Part shown: positions 1 to 8,778 of the stretch, one piece after another
How the letters are laid out: each line of letters starts with the position of its first letter
Position numbering within the stretch: the first letter of the stretch is position 1
The notes under the pieces: generated by a model
Told to the model about the DNA's origin: nothing
What the model saw: only the letters and a program-made list of their open reading frames with translations
Database searches by the model: none
Assembly: GCA_040235515.1 (NCBI GenBank)
Contig: JBECKX010000139.1
Coordinates: 1 to 18,745, forward strand
DNA: 18,745 nucleotides
Direction: 5' to 3'
DNA from: Candidatus Zixiibacteriota bacterium
Lineage (GTDB): Bacteria; Zixibacteria; MSB-5A5; CAIYYT01
Position numbers and translations under genes: made by a program

Positions 1-1
1 T

Positions 2-43
2 GAGGTCGTGAACCTACAGGTAAGCGATTCAGTAGAGACATAA
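2..43 (+). CDS. 3' end of an upstream gene (partial, ...EVVNLQVSDSVET*)
   Basis: Open frame from the window edge to TAA at 41-43, followed closely by a terminator-like hairpin. Product cannot be identified. Confidence 0.45.
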   Translation, partial: EVVNLQVSDSVET

Positions 44-56
44 AAATCTCTCTTTA

Positions 57-102
57 GGACGCCCCTTCCATCCCACGCAGGTGGAAGGGGCGTTCGCCTT
101 TT
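57..102 (+). terminator. Intrinsic terminator-like hairpin
   Basis: GGACGCCCCTTCCA (57-70) pairs with TGGAAGGGGCGTTC (82-95), followed by GCCTTTT. Confidence 0.7.
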
Positions 103-137
103 GGGGGGCTTTGATGGGGGAAGGATCCATCTCATTT

Positions 138-210
138 GTAGGTCAAGCCCTCCTGGGGCTTGACAGTCCTGAAGCCACGGCGTGTCACGCCTCAAGAAGG
201 CGTTACCTAC
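138..210. repeat. Inverted pair of GTAG-type REP hairpins (REPIN-like)
   Basis: 138-165 (+) GTAG-GTCAAGCCC-TCCTG-GGGCTTGAC-A; 183-210 (-) GTAG-GTAACGCCT-TCTTG-AGGCGTGAC-A. Confidence 0.8.
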
Positions 211-216
211 CTAGCC

Positions 217-509
217 GGGTCGCCCACAGCTTGCTGTGGGGGATCTTAAGGGGAATTGCATCGTTGCCAGGACTTTGACACCATGACGATTGTGGTACCG
301 TACGCTTCCTGACCTTTAGTTGTTACAGCGCCGAGTCGTTTTTTCGCAAATCAGCCACGTGCGGCTTCCTGCCGAAACATATTGCGGAAGCTCGTGCAAA
401 GCTTTGTGTCAAGCCCCAAGAGGGCTTGACCTACTCTGACACCCGAGCTGTATCTGAAGTCACGTTTCAATTGGTATGGAGTGAACCCACAGCAAGCTGT
501 GGGCGACCC
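217..509. repeat. Second REP-like family: 24-bp perfect inverted pair (217-240 and 486-509)
   Basis: GGGTCGCCCACAGCTTGCTGTGGG at 217-240 and its exact reverse complement at 486-509. Each copy is itself a hairpin, CCCACAGC-TT-GCTGTGGG. Confidence 0.85.
407..434 (-). repeat. GTAG-type REP hairpin, third copy
   Basis: Reverse complement GTAGGTCAAGCCCTCTTGGGGCTTGACA matches 138-165 at 27 of 28 positions. Confidence 0.85.
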
Positions 510-532
510 AGTCCATAGTTTCTGGATCTTTA

Positions 533-690
533 GTAGTCAAGCCCTAGGTCCGAACCCGTGAGGTTCGGACAACTTTAGCGTTCCTTCGGATGTCGGCAAT
601 GAACGGGTTCCGACCTGCTCGACTGTTCCCCCCTCTCCCACTTGTGGGAGAGGGGCCGGGGGTCAGGGCGAATAGGCGGATTCGACCTGC
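533..690. repeat. Further REP-like hairpins, partly degenerate
   Basis: Half copy GTAGTCAAGCCC 533-544; CTAG-GTCCGAACC-CGTGA-GGTTCGGAC-A 544-571; minus strand GCAG-GTCGGAACC-CGTTC-ATTGCCGAC-A 591-618; hairpin CCCCTCTCCCAC-TT-GTGGGAGAGGGG ~630-655; minus strand GCAG-GTCGAAT-CCGCCT-ATTCGCC 667-690. Confidence 0.65.
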
Positions 691-728
691 TCGGCGAAAG
701 AGCGGCTCCTGAATCTCCCCGAATCGCC

Positions 729-763
729 TTGCATTTACCCGATATTTGCTTAGAATTTCTAAG
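729..763 (+). promoter_or_regulatory. Putative sigma70 promoter of lon with an overlapping palindromic operator
   Basis: TTGCAT (729-734), 16 bp, TAGAAT (751-756). The perfect inverted repeat CTTAGAA-T-TTCTAAG (749-763) covers the -10. Confidence 0.55.
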
Positions 764-827
764 CGTAGAATCTTTCGAGAGCTACATCTTTGAACATTGA
801 GAACCCGCTTAGCCACAATGGTGCAAG

Positions 828-3251
828 ATGAAGAATTACGACGACATTATCTCGTGTGAAATACCGGAACAGATTCCGTTACTCCCTCTGACCTCAGCGT
901 CAATTTTCCCCTATGCAATCGCCTCAATCCAGGTCAGGCTGGAACGTTCGATCAGGCTGCTCGAGAGCGCTTCCGATGAGAATGACATCATCGGCACGGT
1001 CATCACCAAGAAAGGCATCACAATTGTCGATAGCCTGAAGGATGTCCATGAGATTGGCGTTGCCGCCCGCATCGTTTCGAAAGTGAAGATCCCGAACAAC
1101 ACCTACCAATTGGTCATCCAGGGACTACGGCGTATCAAGATCAATCGCTTCATTCAGAACGAACCGTTCCTGATCGCGCATGTCGATTGTTATCCAAAAG
1201 AAGAAAATGACGAGCGCGTCATCAAGGAGAACAAACAGGAGCGTGCCCTCAGCCTCTTCCAACAGCTCACCGAATATGACAATCGCTACGCGCCGGAGAT
1301 GGTTCATATCATGCACTCCAACAGCGAAGATTTCGGTCGTTTCGCGGACCTGATGGCAAGCTACCTCCATTTCGGACTGGGACAGAAGCAGTATCTCGTC
1401 TCTGCGGTCGATCAGAGTGAGCGCTACGACAGATTGATCGCGCTGCTGAAGGCGGAGGTACAAAAACTTAAGGTGGCAGTCGAGGTTGAACGGCAGGTTC
1501 GTGTCGATGTGGACCGCACCCAGCGCGAGTACTACCTGCGCCAGCAATTAGAGGCGATCAAGAAAGCCCTCGGTGAGGATCAAACCGGCAGTGATGAAGT
1601 GCAGGTCCTCAGACAAAAGTTGAGTGAGAAGACACTGCCTGAAGATGCCCGCAAGACCGCAGAACATGAGCTTGATCGACTGGCAAGTATCTCCTCGATG
1701 TCACCGGAGCACAACGTCATTCGCACCTACCTCGACTGGATTCTGGAACTTCCGTGGAATGAGTCGACCGAGGATAAGATCGACATCAAGGAGGCGCGCC
1801 GGGTCCTCGAAGAGGACCACTATGGGCTTGAAAAAGTCAAAGAGCGTATCCTGGAGTTCCTCGCGACACGCCATCGTCAGGCAAACCCGCACGGGCCGAT
1901 TCTCTGCCTGGCGGGTCCTCCCGGAGTAGGCAAAACTTCTCTCGGCCACTCGATCGCGCGGGCGCTCGGCCGTAAGTTTGAGCGGATCTCCGTCGGAGGT
2001 ATGCGTGATGAAGCTGAGATTCGCGGCCACAGGCGTACCTATATCGGTGCGATGCCGGGCAAGATCATACAAGAATTGCGCAATGCGGGAGTCAACAACC
2101 CGCTGTTCATGATCGATGAAATCGACAAGATGGGGAGTGACTTCCGTGGAGATCCATCATCTGCCATGCTTGAGGTCCTCGATCCGGAACAGAACAACAC
2201 CTTCCGTGATCACTATCTCGATCTGCCCTTTGATCTGAGCAAAGTGTTCTTTATCACCACAGCCAATATCCTTGAGCTGATTCCCGGTCCCTTGCGCGAT
2301 CGGATGGAGGTAATCGAGATTTCCGGTTATACGCCGCGCGAGAAAGTCGAGATCGCGAAGCGCTACCTGGTGCAACGCCAGATGGAATCGACCGGGCTGC
2401 GTGAGGGTGAGTTTGAAGTCAGCGATGAAGCCCTGATGGCGATCATCAGCGGCTACACCTACGAAGCCGGTGTGCGTAACCTCGAGCGCGAGATAGCGAG
2501 CCTCTGCCGCAAGAGCGTGGTGAGGATTCTCGAGGGTGGTGTGTCGAAGGTCTCGGTGACTGCGGAAAATCTGCATGAGTTCTTAGGACCGGTGAAAATC
2601 ATCCAGGATGTCGCTAACCGCGAGCCGGAGGTGGGGATTGTCACAGGTCTTGCCTGGACACCGGTGGGTGGCGACTTGCTCTTCATCGAGACGATTAAGA
2701 TGCCGGGCAACGGCAAGGTGCGTGTGACCGGTCGATTGGGTGAAGTAATGGGCGAATCGGTGCAGGCGGCCTACTCATTCGTGCGTTCGCGCGCATCCGA
2801 GATTGGAATCGATGCCGAAGATTTCGACAACTACGACGTGCATATTCATTTCCCGGAGGGCGCAATACCCAAGGATGGCCCCTCCGCCGGTGTGGCTGTG
2901 ACAATTGCGCTGATTTCACTCTTTACGGGTCAGCCGGTCAATCACCTGGTCGCGATGACCGGCGAGGTGACCCTGCAGGGCAAAGTGCTGCCGATTGGCG
3001 GGTTGAAGGAGAAGACGCTGGCGGCGTATCGTGGTGGAATCAAGAAGGTTCTGTTCCCGGAAGCGAACATCAAGGACTTGAGCGAAATCCCGGAAGAGGT
3101 CCGTAATGGGCTTGAGATGATCCCGATCAAGTCGGTCGCAGAGGCGTTGCAGCACTCGGTCTCCAAGATCGTGCTGCCGACCGGCGAGGTTGTCGAAGCG
3201 ATCGAGAATATGACACACGCGCAGCGGCGGAGTGCAAAGGAGGAGGAGTAG
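828..3251 (+). CDS. lon: ATP-dependent Lon protease (LonA type, endopeptidase La)
   Basis: N-terminal substrate-binding domain, Walker A GPPGVGKT, RGHRRTYIGAMPG, Walker B IDEIDK, catalytic PKDGPSAG and GGLKEK; 807 aa. Confidence 0.97.
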   Translation: MKNYDDIISCEIPEQIPLLPLTSASIFPYAIASIQVRLERSIRLLESASDENDIIGTVITKKGITIVDSLKDVHEIGVAARIVSKVKIPNNTYQLVIQGLRRIKINRFIQNEPFLIAHVDCYPKEENDERVIKENKQERALSLFQQLTEYDNRYAPEMVHIMHSNSEDFGRFADLMASYLHFGLGQKQYLVSAVDQSERYDRLIALLKAEVQKLKVAVEVERQVRVDVDRTQREYYLRQQLEAIKKALGEDQTGSDEVQVLRQKLSEKTLPEDARKTAEHELDRLASISSMSPEHNVIRTYLDWILELPWNESTEDKIDIKEARRVLEEDHYGLEKVKERILEFLATRHRQANPHGPILCLAGPPGVGKTSLGHSIARALGRKFERISVGGMRDEAEIRGHRRTYIGAMPGKIIQELRNAGVNNPLFMIDEIDKMGSDFRGDPSSAMLEVLDPEQNNTFRDHYLDLPFDLSKVFFITTANILELIPGPLRDRMEVIEISGYTPREKVEIAKRYLVQRQMESTGLREGEFEVSDEALMAIISGYTYEAGVRNLEREIASLCRKSVVRILEGGVSKVSVTAENLHEFLGPVKIIQDVANREPEVGIVTGLAWTPVGGDLLFIETIKMPGNGKVRVTGRLGEVMGESVQAAYSFVRSRASEIGIDAEDFDNYDVHIHFPEGAIPKDGPSAGVAVTIALISLFTGQPVNHLVAMTGEVTLQGKVLPIGGLKEKTLAAYRGGIKKVLFPEANIKDLSEIPEEVRNGLEMIPIKSVAEALQHSVSKIVLPTGEVVEAIENMTHAQRRSAKEEE

Positions 3252-3258
3252 GGGGAAT

Positions 3259-3759
3259 TCAGCTGAACCGTATTCCCAAAACCCTTAGCATAGAAAACGT
3301 ATCTTGGTAGGGCACTGAGAATGCTCGGCATACATTAGGGATCGGGACTCTCCTTCTTACGTCCGGGGCCAGTTCCTCGTGAGTCACGACGGTGTAACCA
3401 AACGTCTTAGCATATGCTATCAGCCACCCATCGGCTCCGTCTGCAAAATCTGCTTTCGCGGCTCTTAAGAACTGCTTCTGGTCATTAACCCACCTCATTA
3501 TTGCGGAGTACGCTTGAGTCACGACTTCATCATCCGTGGACACGAAGGCATGCTGAAATGGACCAATTGCCCAGTCTGCTAGCTCGTCTTTGCCTCTCAT
3601 AAGCTCTTTCTTTACGCGGTCAATGCTTAAGAGTTCGCCCTGCTTCGAATGCTCGACAAGGCTATTCCAGAATCGGGGTGCCAAGTCAAATGCGTAGTAT
3701 CGATGCGAAGCTTCTATAAACACGTTGGCGTCGAGTAAAAATGTGATCTTAGCCATCAT
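3259..3759 (-). CDS. PIN-domain protein (DUF4411-like), putative toxin/RNase
   Basis: FLLDANVFIEA...YYAFD...FW, ADGWLIAYA, VVTHE and IPNVC motifs with the acidic PIN residues. Start overlaps the upstream stop (ATGA). Confidence 0.85.
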   Translation of the reverse strand: MMAKITFLLDANVFIEASHRYYAFDLAPRFWNSLVEHSKQGELLSIDRVKKELMRGKDELADWAIGPFQHAFVSTDDEVVTQAYSAIMRWVNDQKQFLRAAKADFADGADGWLIAYAKTFGYTVVTHEELAPDVRRRVPIPNVCRAFSVPYQDTFSMLRVLGIRFS

Positions 3760-4907
3760 CGTTTGCCGCCAAGTCCAAGCAGCTCAACATATTGATGGAA
3801 GCTCTTTCCGTACAGGCCAGTCAGCTTATACGCCTGCCCATATAGGAGACGTCCTTCACGAGCAGCTCGCGCGACGGCCGATGAAAAGCGTTTGCCCAAT
3901 CGGAGATTCTGGGTTGCATAGAAATCCCCGCCTGACGATTTGCGCCTTGGCTCACGCTGCTTGTCGATGTACTGTTGGTAAAAGTCAAGAAACTGCTGTC
4001 TGCTAATTAGGCTAACATCTTGAGCGCGCCTGGCTACGACAATTTCACTTACCTTAAATCTACGGGCAAGGGTCTGAAAGCGAACTGGGGAGCGCTCAAC
4101 TGCGGACCATGCGTCCTCAATCAATGTCCGCGGGACGAGGAATTCTGCAGCTACCGCGTTGCATTTCAACTCAGTCTCATCATCTGCGGGCTGTAGTCGT
4201 CTCAGATCGAACGCCGCGCTACTGCCGAAAGCTACGTGAGCCATCTCGTGAGCAAGCGTAAACATCTGCGCTGCCTTGCCATCTGCACCGTTGACGAACA
4301 CAAGGGGTGCGAATTCGTCAACAAGAACAAACCCTCGAAACTCGTCGACACTCAGTTTTCTGTGAGTATTGTTGCCTACAATACCACTAACCGTAACTAG
4401 AACTCCCGCATCTTCGCAGGCATTTCTTAACGCATCTAGTGCCTTGGTCCAGCTTTGATAATGAGAAGCCCAGTCGGCGTCGAATCCCAATGCTTTTCTT
4501 AATTTCTCGGATACAAACTCCGTTCTTTCACTCAAGCTGGCGGCTCGTACGAGGGAGTTAGCCTTCACACCCTCATCACGCAGGTAATCTCTCATCCAAG
4601 CCTGCCTAAGTTGCATAATCTGGATGGTTTCAAGCAACTCTGAACTTGGCAGACTTTGCGAATCCTGTCTTACCGTCCTGAAGTGCGGGATCGGCATTGC
4701 ATCCGAAGGCGGCTCATCCAGAAAGAAGTAGCCAAGTGGAGTAGATGTCATTTTCGCAAGAGATTCTACTTGGCGTAATGTAGGATGGCTCTCACTCTTC
4801 ATCCAGTCCTGCAATTTCGGGAATCGCTGGCTGAGCCTCTCGATTGTCCTGCCACTACGCTGAATGGCCCACCGAAGAACACTCTGTCTTACCGGCACTC
4901 TACTCAA
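3756..4907 (-). CDS. XRE-type HTH fused to ImmA/IrrE (M78) Zn metallopeptidase
   Basis: N-terminal HTH (LRWA...PTLRQVESLAK...PLGYFFL), FTLAHEMAH (HExxH), ExxCNxxAAEFLVP, LARRFKVS. TTG start with GGAG upstream. Confidence 0.9.
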   Translation of the reverse strand: MSRVPVRQSVLRWAIQRSGRTIERLSQRFPKLQDWMKSESHPTLRQVESLAKMTSTPLGYFFLDEPPSDAMPIPHFRTVRQDSQSLPSSELLETIQIMQLRQAWMRDYLRDEGVKANSLVRAASLSERTEFVSEKLRKALGFDADWASHYQSWTKALDALRNACEDAGVLVTVSGIVGNNTHRKLSVDEFRGFVLVDEFAPLVFVNGADGKAAQMFTLAHEMAHVAFGSSAAFDLRRLQPADDETELKCNAVAAEFLVPRTLIEDAWSAVERSPVRFQTLARRFKVSEIVVARRAQDVSLISRQQFLDFYQQYIDKQREPRRKSSGGDFYATQNLRLGKRFSSAVARAAREGRLLYGQAYKLTGLYGKSFHQYVELLGLGGKR

Positions 4908-4970
4908 CTAACTCTCCAGGCAGTCTTCAAAGTTCATAGTCATTAATAGCATTACCTACGCTTGTAACTA

Positions 4971-4998
4971 AAGCTACGATGTTTTTTTCTGTCGTCAA
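4971..4998 (-). promoter_or_regulatory. Putative promoter of the peptidase-PIN operon
   Basis: Minus strand TTGACG (4998-4993), 16 bp, TAGCTT (4976-4971). Confidence 0.45.
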
Positions 4999-5033
4999 TA
5001 CTCGAAGCTCTGCACGTTCGCATAGCCCCCCCC

Positions 5034-5819
5034 TCACTCCCCGATTATCAACTCCGCCAACTCGCCGTGATTCTTGTTCACCCGGCTGATGTCGGCGCCT
5101 TTCTCGACACCCGGCACGATTGCATCCCCTTGCCATTGCCAAATATGGTAGTCTGTCCAGCCCTCCGGTAAGGTGGGTTGGTCAACTTCATATTCGGCAA
5201 CCCACAATGGGTACTCGCTAAAATCCGCCTTCAGATGCTCATTCCAGAATTTAGCCGTTGTGTAGATAATCGGTTTGATCCCGTAGTGATTCTCCAGCAA
5301 TCCCAAAAAGCGCGCGAACCTGTCTCGCAGACCGGGAGGCGTATTGTGACCAATCGTTTCGATGTCGACCACCGGCGCGAAATCACCCGGCTCCAGTGTA
5401 ACATTCTGGATAAAGAACGCCGCCATCGTGTCTGGCTCATCCTCAGTCACATAGAAGTGGTACGCCCCGCGCACAAACCCTTTCTCCTTGAGAACCGGCC
5501 AGTGAGCGTCGAAGAGCGAGTCTTTGAGGTCCTCGCCTTCGGTCGCCTTGAGGAAAACAAATTTATACCCTTGTGCCGCGACCGAATCCCAGTCGATGAC
5601 TCCGCTGTGGTCCGATACATCAATCCCATGCTCCAGATCCGCGACGATTTGTTCCGGTGTGCGCGGCTGCATCGTTCTATCATTCTCCCGGCTCTCTTTG
5701 TTACCGCAGGCGACCAGGCCAAATGCGGCCACGGCAGCCAGAAACAACAGAGGCGCTATCTGGCGCCACAGTGCGGAATCATGTCGCGTATCGCTCCGTC
5801 TCACAGGCATTCTCCTCAC
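5034..5819 (-). CDS. GH25 family muramidase (lysozyme), predicted lipoprotein
   Basis: GIDVSDH...IDW, LKATEG, GAYHF, VVDIE, PIIYT, PLWVAEY, WQW motifs. Hydrophobic stretch ends in lipobox LVAC (Cys38). Start uncertain (GTG 5819 or ATG 5810). Confidence 0.9.
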   Translation of the reverse strand: MRRMPVRRSDTRHDSALWRQIAPLLFLAAVAAFGLVACGNKESRENDRTMQPRTPEQIVADLEHGIDVSDHSGVIDWDSVAAQGYKFVFLKATEGEDLKDSLFDAHWPVLKEKGFVRGAYHFYVTEDEPDTMAAFFIQNVTLEPGDFAPVVDIETIGHNTPPGLRDRFARFLGLLENHYGIKPIIYTTAKFWNEHLKADFSEYPLWVAEYEVDQPTLPEGWTDYHIWQWQGDAIVPGVEKGADISRVNKNHGELAELIIGE

Positions 5820-5896
5820 TTGAGCGTTCCCAATAGTATCACCAACCGGGCAGAGTGGTTCTGGACTTCTATACTATAGGTCGTTATTTTGCTCCT

Positions 5897-7033
5897 ATGA
5901 GAAAACTACTTTTGTCGATTTTTCTTCTACTCTCATTGGGCAGTCCGGCGCTTGCCGCGGGAAAGGCTGATTTCTGGAATCAGCAGCGCGCAGGGACTAA
6001 CTGGTTCAATAACGAACCCACGCTCGAGTGGCTGGTCGCTGCGAAGGCGGCAGGCATCGAATTCGTACGGTTGGCGCCGGCGAAGTGGTGGACGGTACAG
6101 CAGGATTTTCTTGTCGGCAACTCCGACTGCTATCAGGGGATACCTGACGAGGATATGTTCAAGCTCGATGAGGTGCTCCACTGGGCGGACTCGCTGGATA
6201 TGAAGATAGTGCTGACAGCGCTTTCTCTTCCCGGGTTGCGTTGGAAGCAGCACAATAATGATTTGCTCGATCACCGCTTCTGGGAAAACCCAATTTATCA
6301 GCCGCGCGCGGCACTCTACTGGAAGCATGTCGCCAAAGCCTTTGGAGGTCATCCCTGCCTGGTTGGCTACAACATACTCAACGAACCGGTACCGGAGCGA
6401 GCACCGGCCACCGCGAGGGCGACATTTCAATCTTACCAGGAGTGGTACGAGAGCGTCAAAGACACGACGGCAGATTTGAACAGATTCTATGCAATGGCGG
6501 TGCAAAAGATTCGCGAAGTTGACAGCCTCACACCGATCATCCTCGACTGCGGTTCATGGTCCGATCCGGCAGCATTCTCCTATCTCGCGCCTGTGGATGA
6601 TTCTCTGGTGCTCTACTCATTTCACATGTATGAACCGTGGGACTTTGTCAGTCGCACGAACAATGGCACCTACAAGTACCCGGAGGATTTTGCCCGCGAC
6701 ACGCTTGCGGCGATAGTTGCGCCGGTCGTTGCATGGCAACAGAAATATGGCGTCCCATCATCCCGGATTGTCGTCGGTGAGTTCGGCTGTTTCCGGCAAA
6801 ATGAGGGCGTGGAGAAGTGGCTGGCGGATGTTATCTCCGTCTTTGATAAGCATGGCTGGCACTGGGCGTTCTACTCATTTCGCGAGGATGACTGGCCCGG
6901 CATGGATTATGAGCTTGGTACCAAGCCGCTGGGTGAAGCCTACTGGAAAGCCAAAGCGAACTACGAGACTCCGGAAGTGAAGCGCGGTCCCAACCCGATA
7001 TGGGATGTGATCTCGGCCAGATTGAAACGGTAG
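5897..7033 (+). CDS. Secreted glycoside hydrolase family 5 (cellulase family); substrate unknown
   Basis: Signal peptide MRKLLLSIFLLLSLGSPALA from ATG 5897; acid/base motif YNILNEP, YSFHMYEP, nucleophile motif VVGEFG, GWHWAFY. Confidence 0.88.
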   Translation: MRKLLLSIFLLLSLGSPALAAGKADFWNQQRAGTNWFNNEPTLEWLVAAKAAGIEFVRLAPAKWWTVQQDFLVGNSDCYQGIPDEDMFKLDEVLHWADSLDMKIVLTALSLPGLRWKQHNNDLLDHRFWENPIYQPRAALYWKHVAKAFGGHPCLVGYNILNEPVPERAPATARATFQSYQEWYESVKDTTADLNRFYAMAVQKIREVDSLTPIILDCGSWSDPAAFSYLAPVDDSLVLYSFHMYEPWDFVSRTNNGTYKYPEDFARDTLAAIVAPVVAWQQKYGVPSSRIVVGEFGCFRQNEGVEKWLADVISVFDKHGWHWAFYSFREDDWPGMDYELGTKPLGEAYWKAKANYETPEVKRGPNPIWDVISARLKR

Positions 7034-7061
7034 AGGCAGGTTTATTCACATGACCAAGAGC

Positions 7062-7091
7062 AAAGGGCCAGACTTCTCGTGAACCTGGCCC
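7062..7091 (-). terminator. Hairpin between convergent genes
   Basis: GGGCCAG (7065-7071) pairs with CTGGCCC (7085-7091); short T run on the minus strand. Confidence 0.55.
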
Positions 7092-7125
7092 GACTACTTT
7101 CTTCAGATAGACAGGTAACCTGAAC

Positions 7126-8778
7126 TCACGGTAGCGGTTCAGAAATCGTATAAGTGATTTTTATTGCGAAGAACTTGATGTCAGACGGTGTAGGCGGCTG
7201 AGTCCAGGCTACTGCAAGATAATAGTAGTAGTTGTCATTATCAATCAGATCATCGGCTATGGTGTTATCAGAGATTGTTTGATAGCCCGCCGATATCCCG
7301 CTGGTGGAGGCGCTCGCAATAGTTCCGCCAGCTCCGTTGACTATACTGCGCTTAATCAGATCAAAAGAGATGTCATGTCCTCCAGCATTGTCCTGGACCA
7401 ATGCCTCGACCGACACAAGAGTTGCCCCATGAGGTAACTCAGGAGTTGTGTAGAAGCTGGCAGCTGGCGTAGCGCCACCGGTGGAATAAAGATAACCGAT
7501 GGTCCTGTCAAAGACGATATCCTCAAAGCGCGGAACAAAAGATGCATGTGACAATGTCAAGTAGCGAGTCGTTGTCGCAATATTCAAGTCATCAAATGTC
7601 TTAGTCCCACTAACAGTCTGAGCGTCTGAGAGGTTCATCGCGGTGCCTTCGATCTTACTAATGTTGATAGCCGCACCGGCACTGATATCGTCGTCAACGA
7701 TTGTGGCATCCGCAATCTCCGTGGAGGTTACACCATCGGTCGCGATATCAAGAGTTACATCACCGCTGGCTCCTCCACCACTCAAGCCAGTCCCGGCCGT
7801 AACCGAGGAGATATCCCCGGTCGCGGCATCTGCCCAGTCAGCCTGACCGTTACCATCTGTTGCAAGCACCTGACCTGAAGTGCCATCCACGGTCGGTAAC
7901 TCATATCCTGTGGACTCATCACCAACTCTGACATGAGGCATATCGACCATGAAGGTGGAATCCTGGGTCAGGTCACTATCGATCCCGAACAATACAGAGT
8001 AATCAGCATCGCTGGTCAGAGTATCAGCATAACCTGCCGTCAATGAGAAATCACCTGCCGCGACATTGTGTTTACCGCCGGCAATTGCCGAGTGCAGACC
8101 ACTTGCCGTGTTGCGGCTACCGCCACTAACCACCGACGTATCCCCGCTGGCAGTGTTGGCGTGTCCACCACCCACGGCAGAACGATCGCCACTAGCCTCA
8201 TTCGCTGACCCACCCCCAATTGCAGAATTACCTCCGGTGGCATCATTGCCACTGCCGCCACTCACAGTTGATCGAAACCCGCTTGCTGTATTAAGACGCC
8301 CTGCAACGAACGCTTCAGATCCAAGCGTTCCATGACCCGTTCCGATGCTAGCTCTGCCGGTAACTTCAAGATCACCGCTGACCGTTCCGCCTTTAGCACC
8401 ATCTACTGACTCCACGCGATATGCATAAGGCACCGCTACAAACTCCGTGCGCGGCACAATCTCAGGGTCCGATTCTACAGCGATTCCGAGGTATCTGCCA
8501 CTATCGGCAAAGACGGTGCCTGCTATCGGAGTGACAGCTCCCAGCCAGACCGAAAACAGCCCGTCGGCCGTGGAAACACTTTGCGTCTCGCTCCAGAGGG
8601 CGGTCCCCCCCGAGGCAGCATCATAGATTGTGAAGTTGACCGAGTAACTACCATTGGCTACAGGATCGCCGACACCGTCCGTGAGGAAACCCTGGTAGCT
8701 GACCTTGTCAGGAGTAGCAGCGTAGACAACTGCTGAAAGAAGGACCATAACGGCCAGAGAGGAAAGAAACGTTTGCAT
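7126..8778 (-). CDS. Secreted fibre/adhesin-like protein D (no S74 chaperone)
   Basis: Signal peptide; shared N-domain VSYQGFLTD...GGTALWSE...PR...VPYA; 14-residue GGxxNxAxGxxSx repeats; tail-fibre-like motifs LPTVDGTSGQVLATDGNG and GDISSVTAGTGLSGGG; unique C-terminal domain (ELPHGATL). RBS GGAGG. Confidence 0.75.
   Translation of the reverse strand: MQTFLSSLAVMVLLSAVVYAATPDKVSYQGFLTDGVGDPVANGSYSVNFTIYDAASGGTALWSETQSVSTADGLFSVWLGAVTPIAGTVFADSGRYLGIAVESDPEIVPRTEFVAVPYAYRVESVDGAKGGTVSGDLEVTGRASIGTGHGTLGSEAFVAGRLNTASGFRSTVSGGSGNDATGGNSAIGGGSANEASGDRSAVGGGHANTASGDTSVVSGGSRNTASGLHSAIAGGKHNVAAGDFSLTAGYADTLTSDADYSVLFGIDSDLTQDSTFMVDMPHVRVGDESTGYELPTVDGTSGQVLATDGNGQADWADAATGDISSVTAGTGLSGGGASGDVTLDIATDGVTSTEIADATIVDDDISAGAAINISKIEGTAMNLSDAQTVSGTKTFDDLNIATTTRYLTLSHASFVPRFEDIVFDRTIGYLYSTGGATPAASFYTTPELPHGATLVSVEALVQDNAGGHDISFDLIKRSIVNGAGGTIASASTSGISAGYQTISDNTIADDLIDNDNYYYYLAVAWTQPPTPSDIKFFAIKITYTISEPLP

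Noticed and set aside
138..690. Possible CRISPR array
   Set aside because: Repeats are in mixed orientation, irregularly spaced and of several families; no cas genes are present.
81..816. ORFs 81..278 and 544..816
   Set aside because: They run through the terminator, REP hairpins and the lon promoter, and show no recognisable protein features.
3251..5033. G5 (3251-3255) and C8 (5026-5033) runs as inverted ends of a mobile element
   Set aside because: The similarity does not extend beyond the homopolymers; no transposase or target duplication.
4927..5142. 71-aa ORF upstream of the peptidase
   Set aside because: It overlaps the GH25 3' end, and the remainder is better explained as the operon promoter.
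7042..7050. Isolated DnaA-box match TTATTCACA
   Set aside because: Single site about 11 kb from dnaA with no neighbouring boxes; could be chance.
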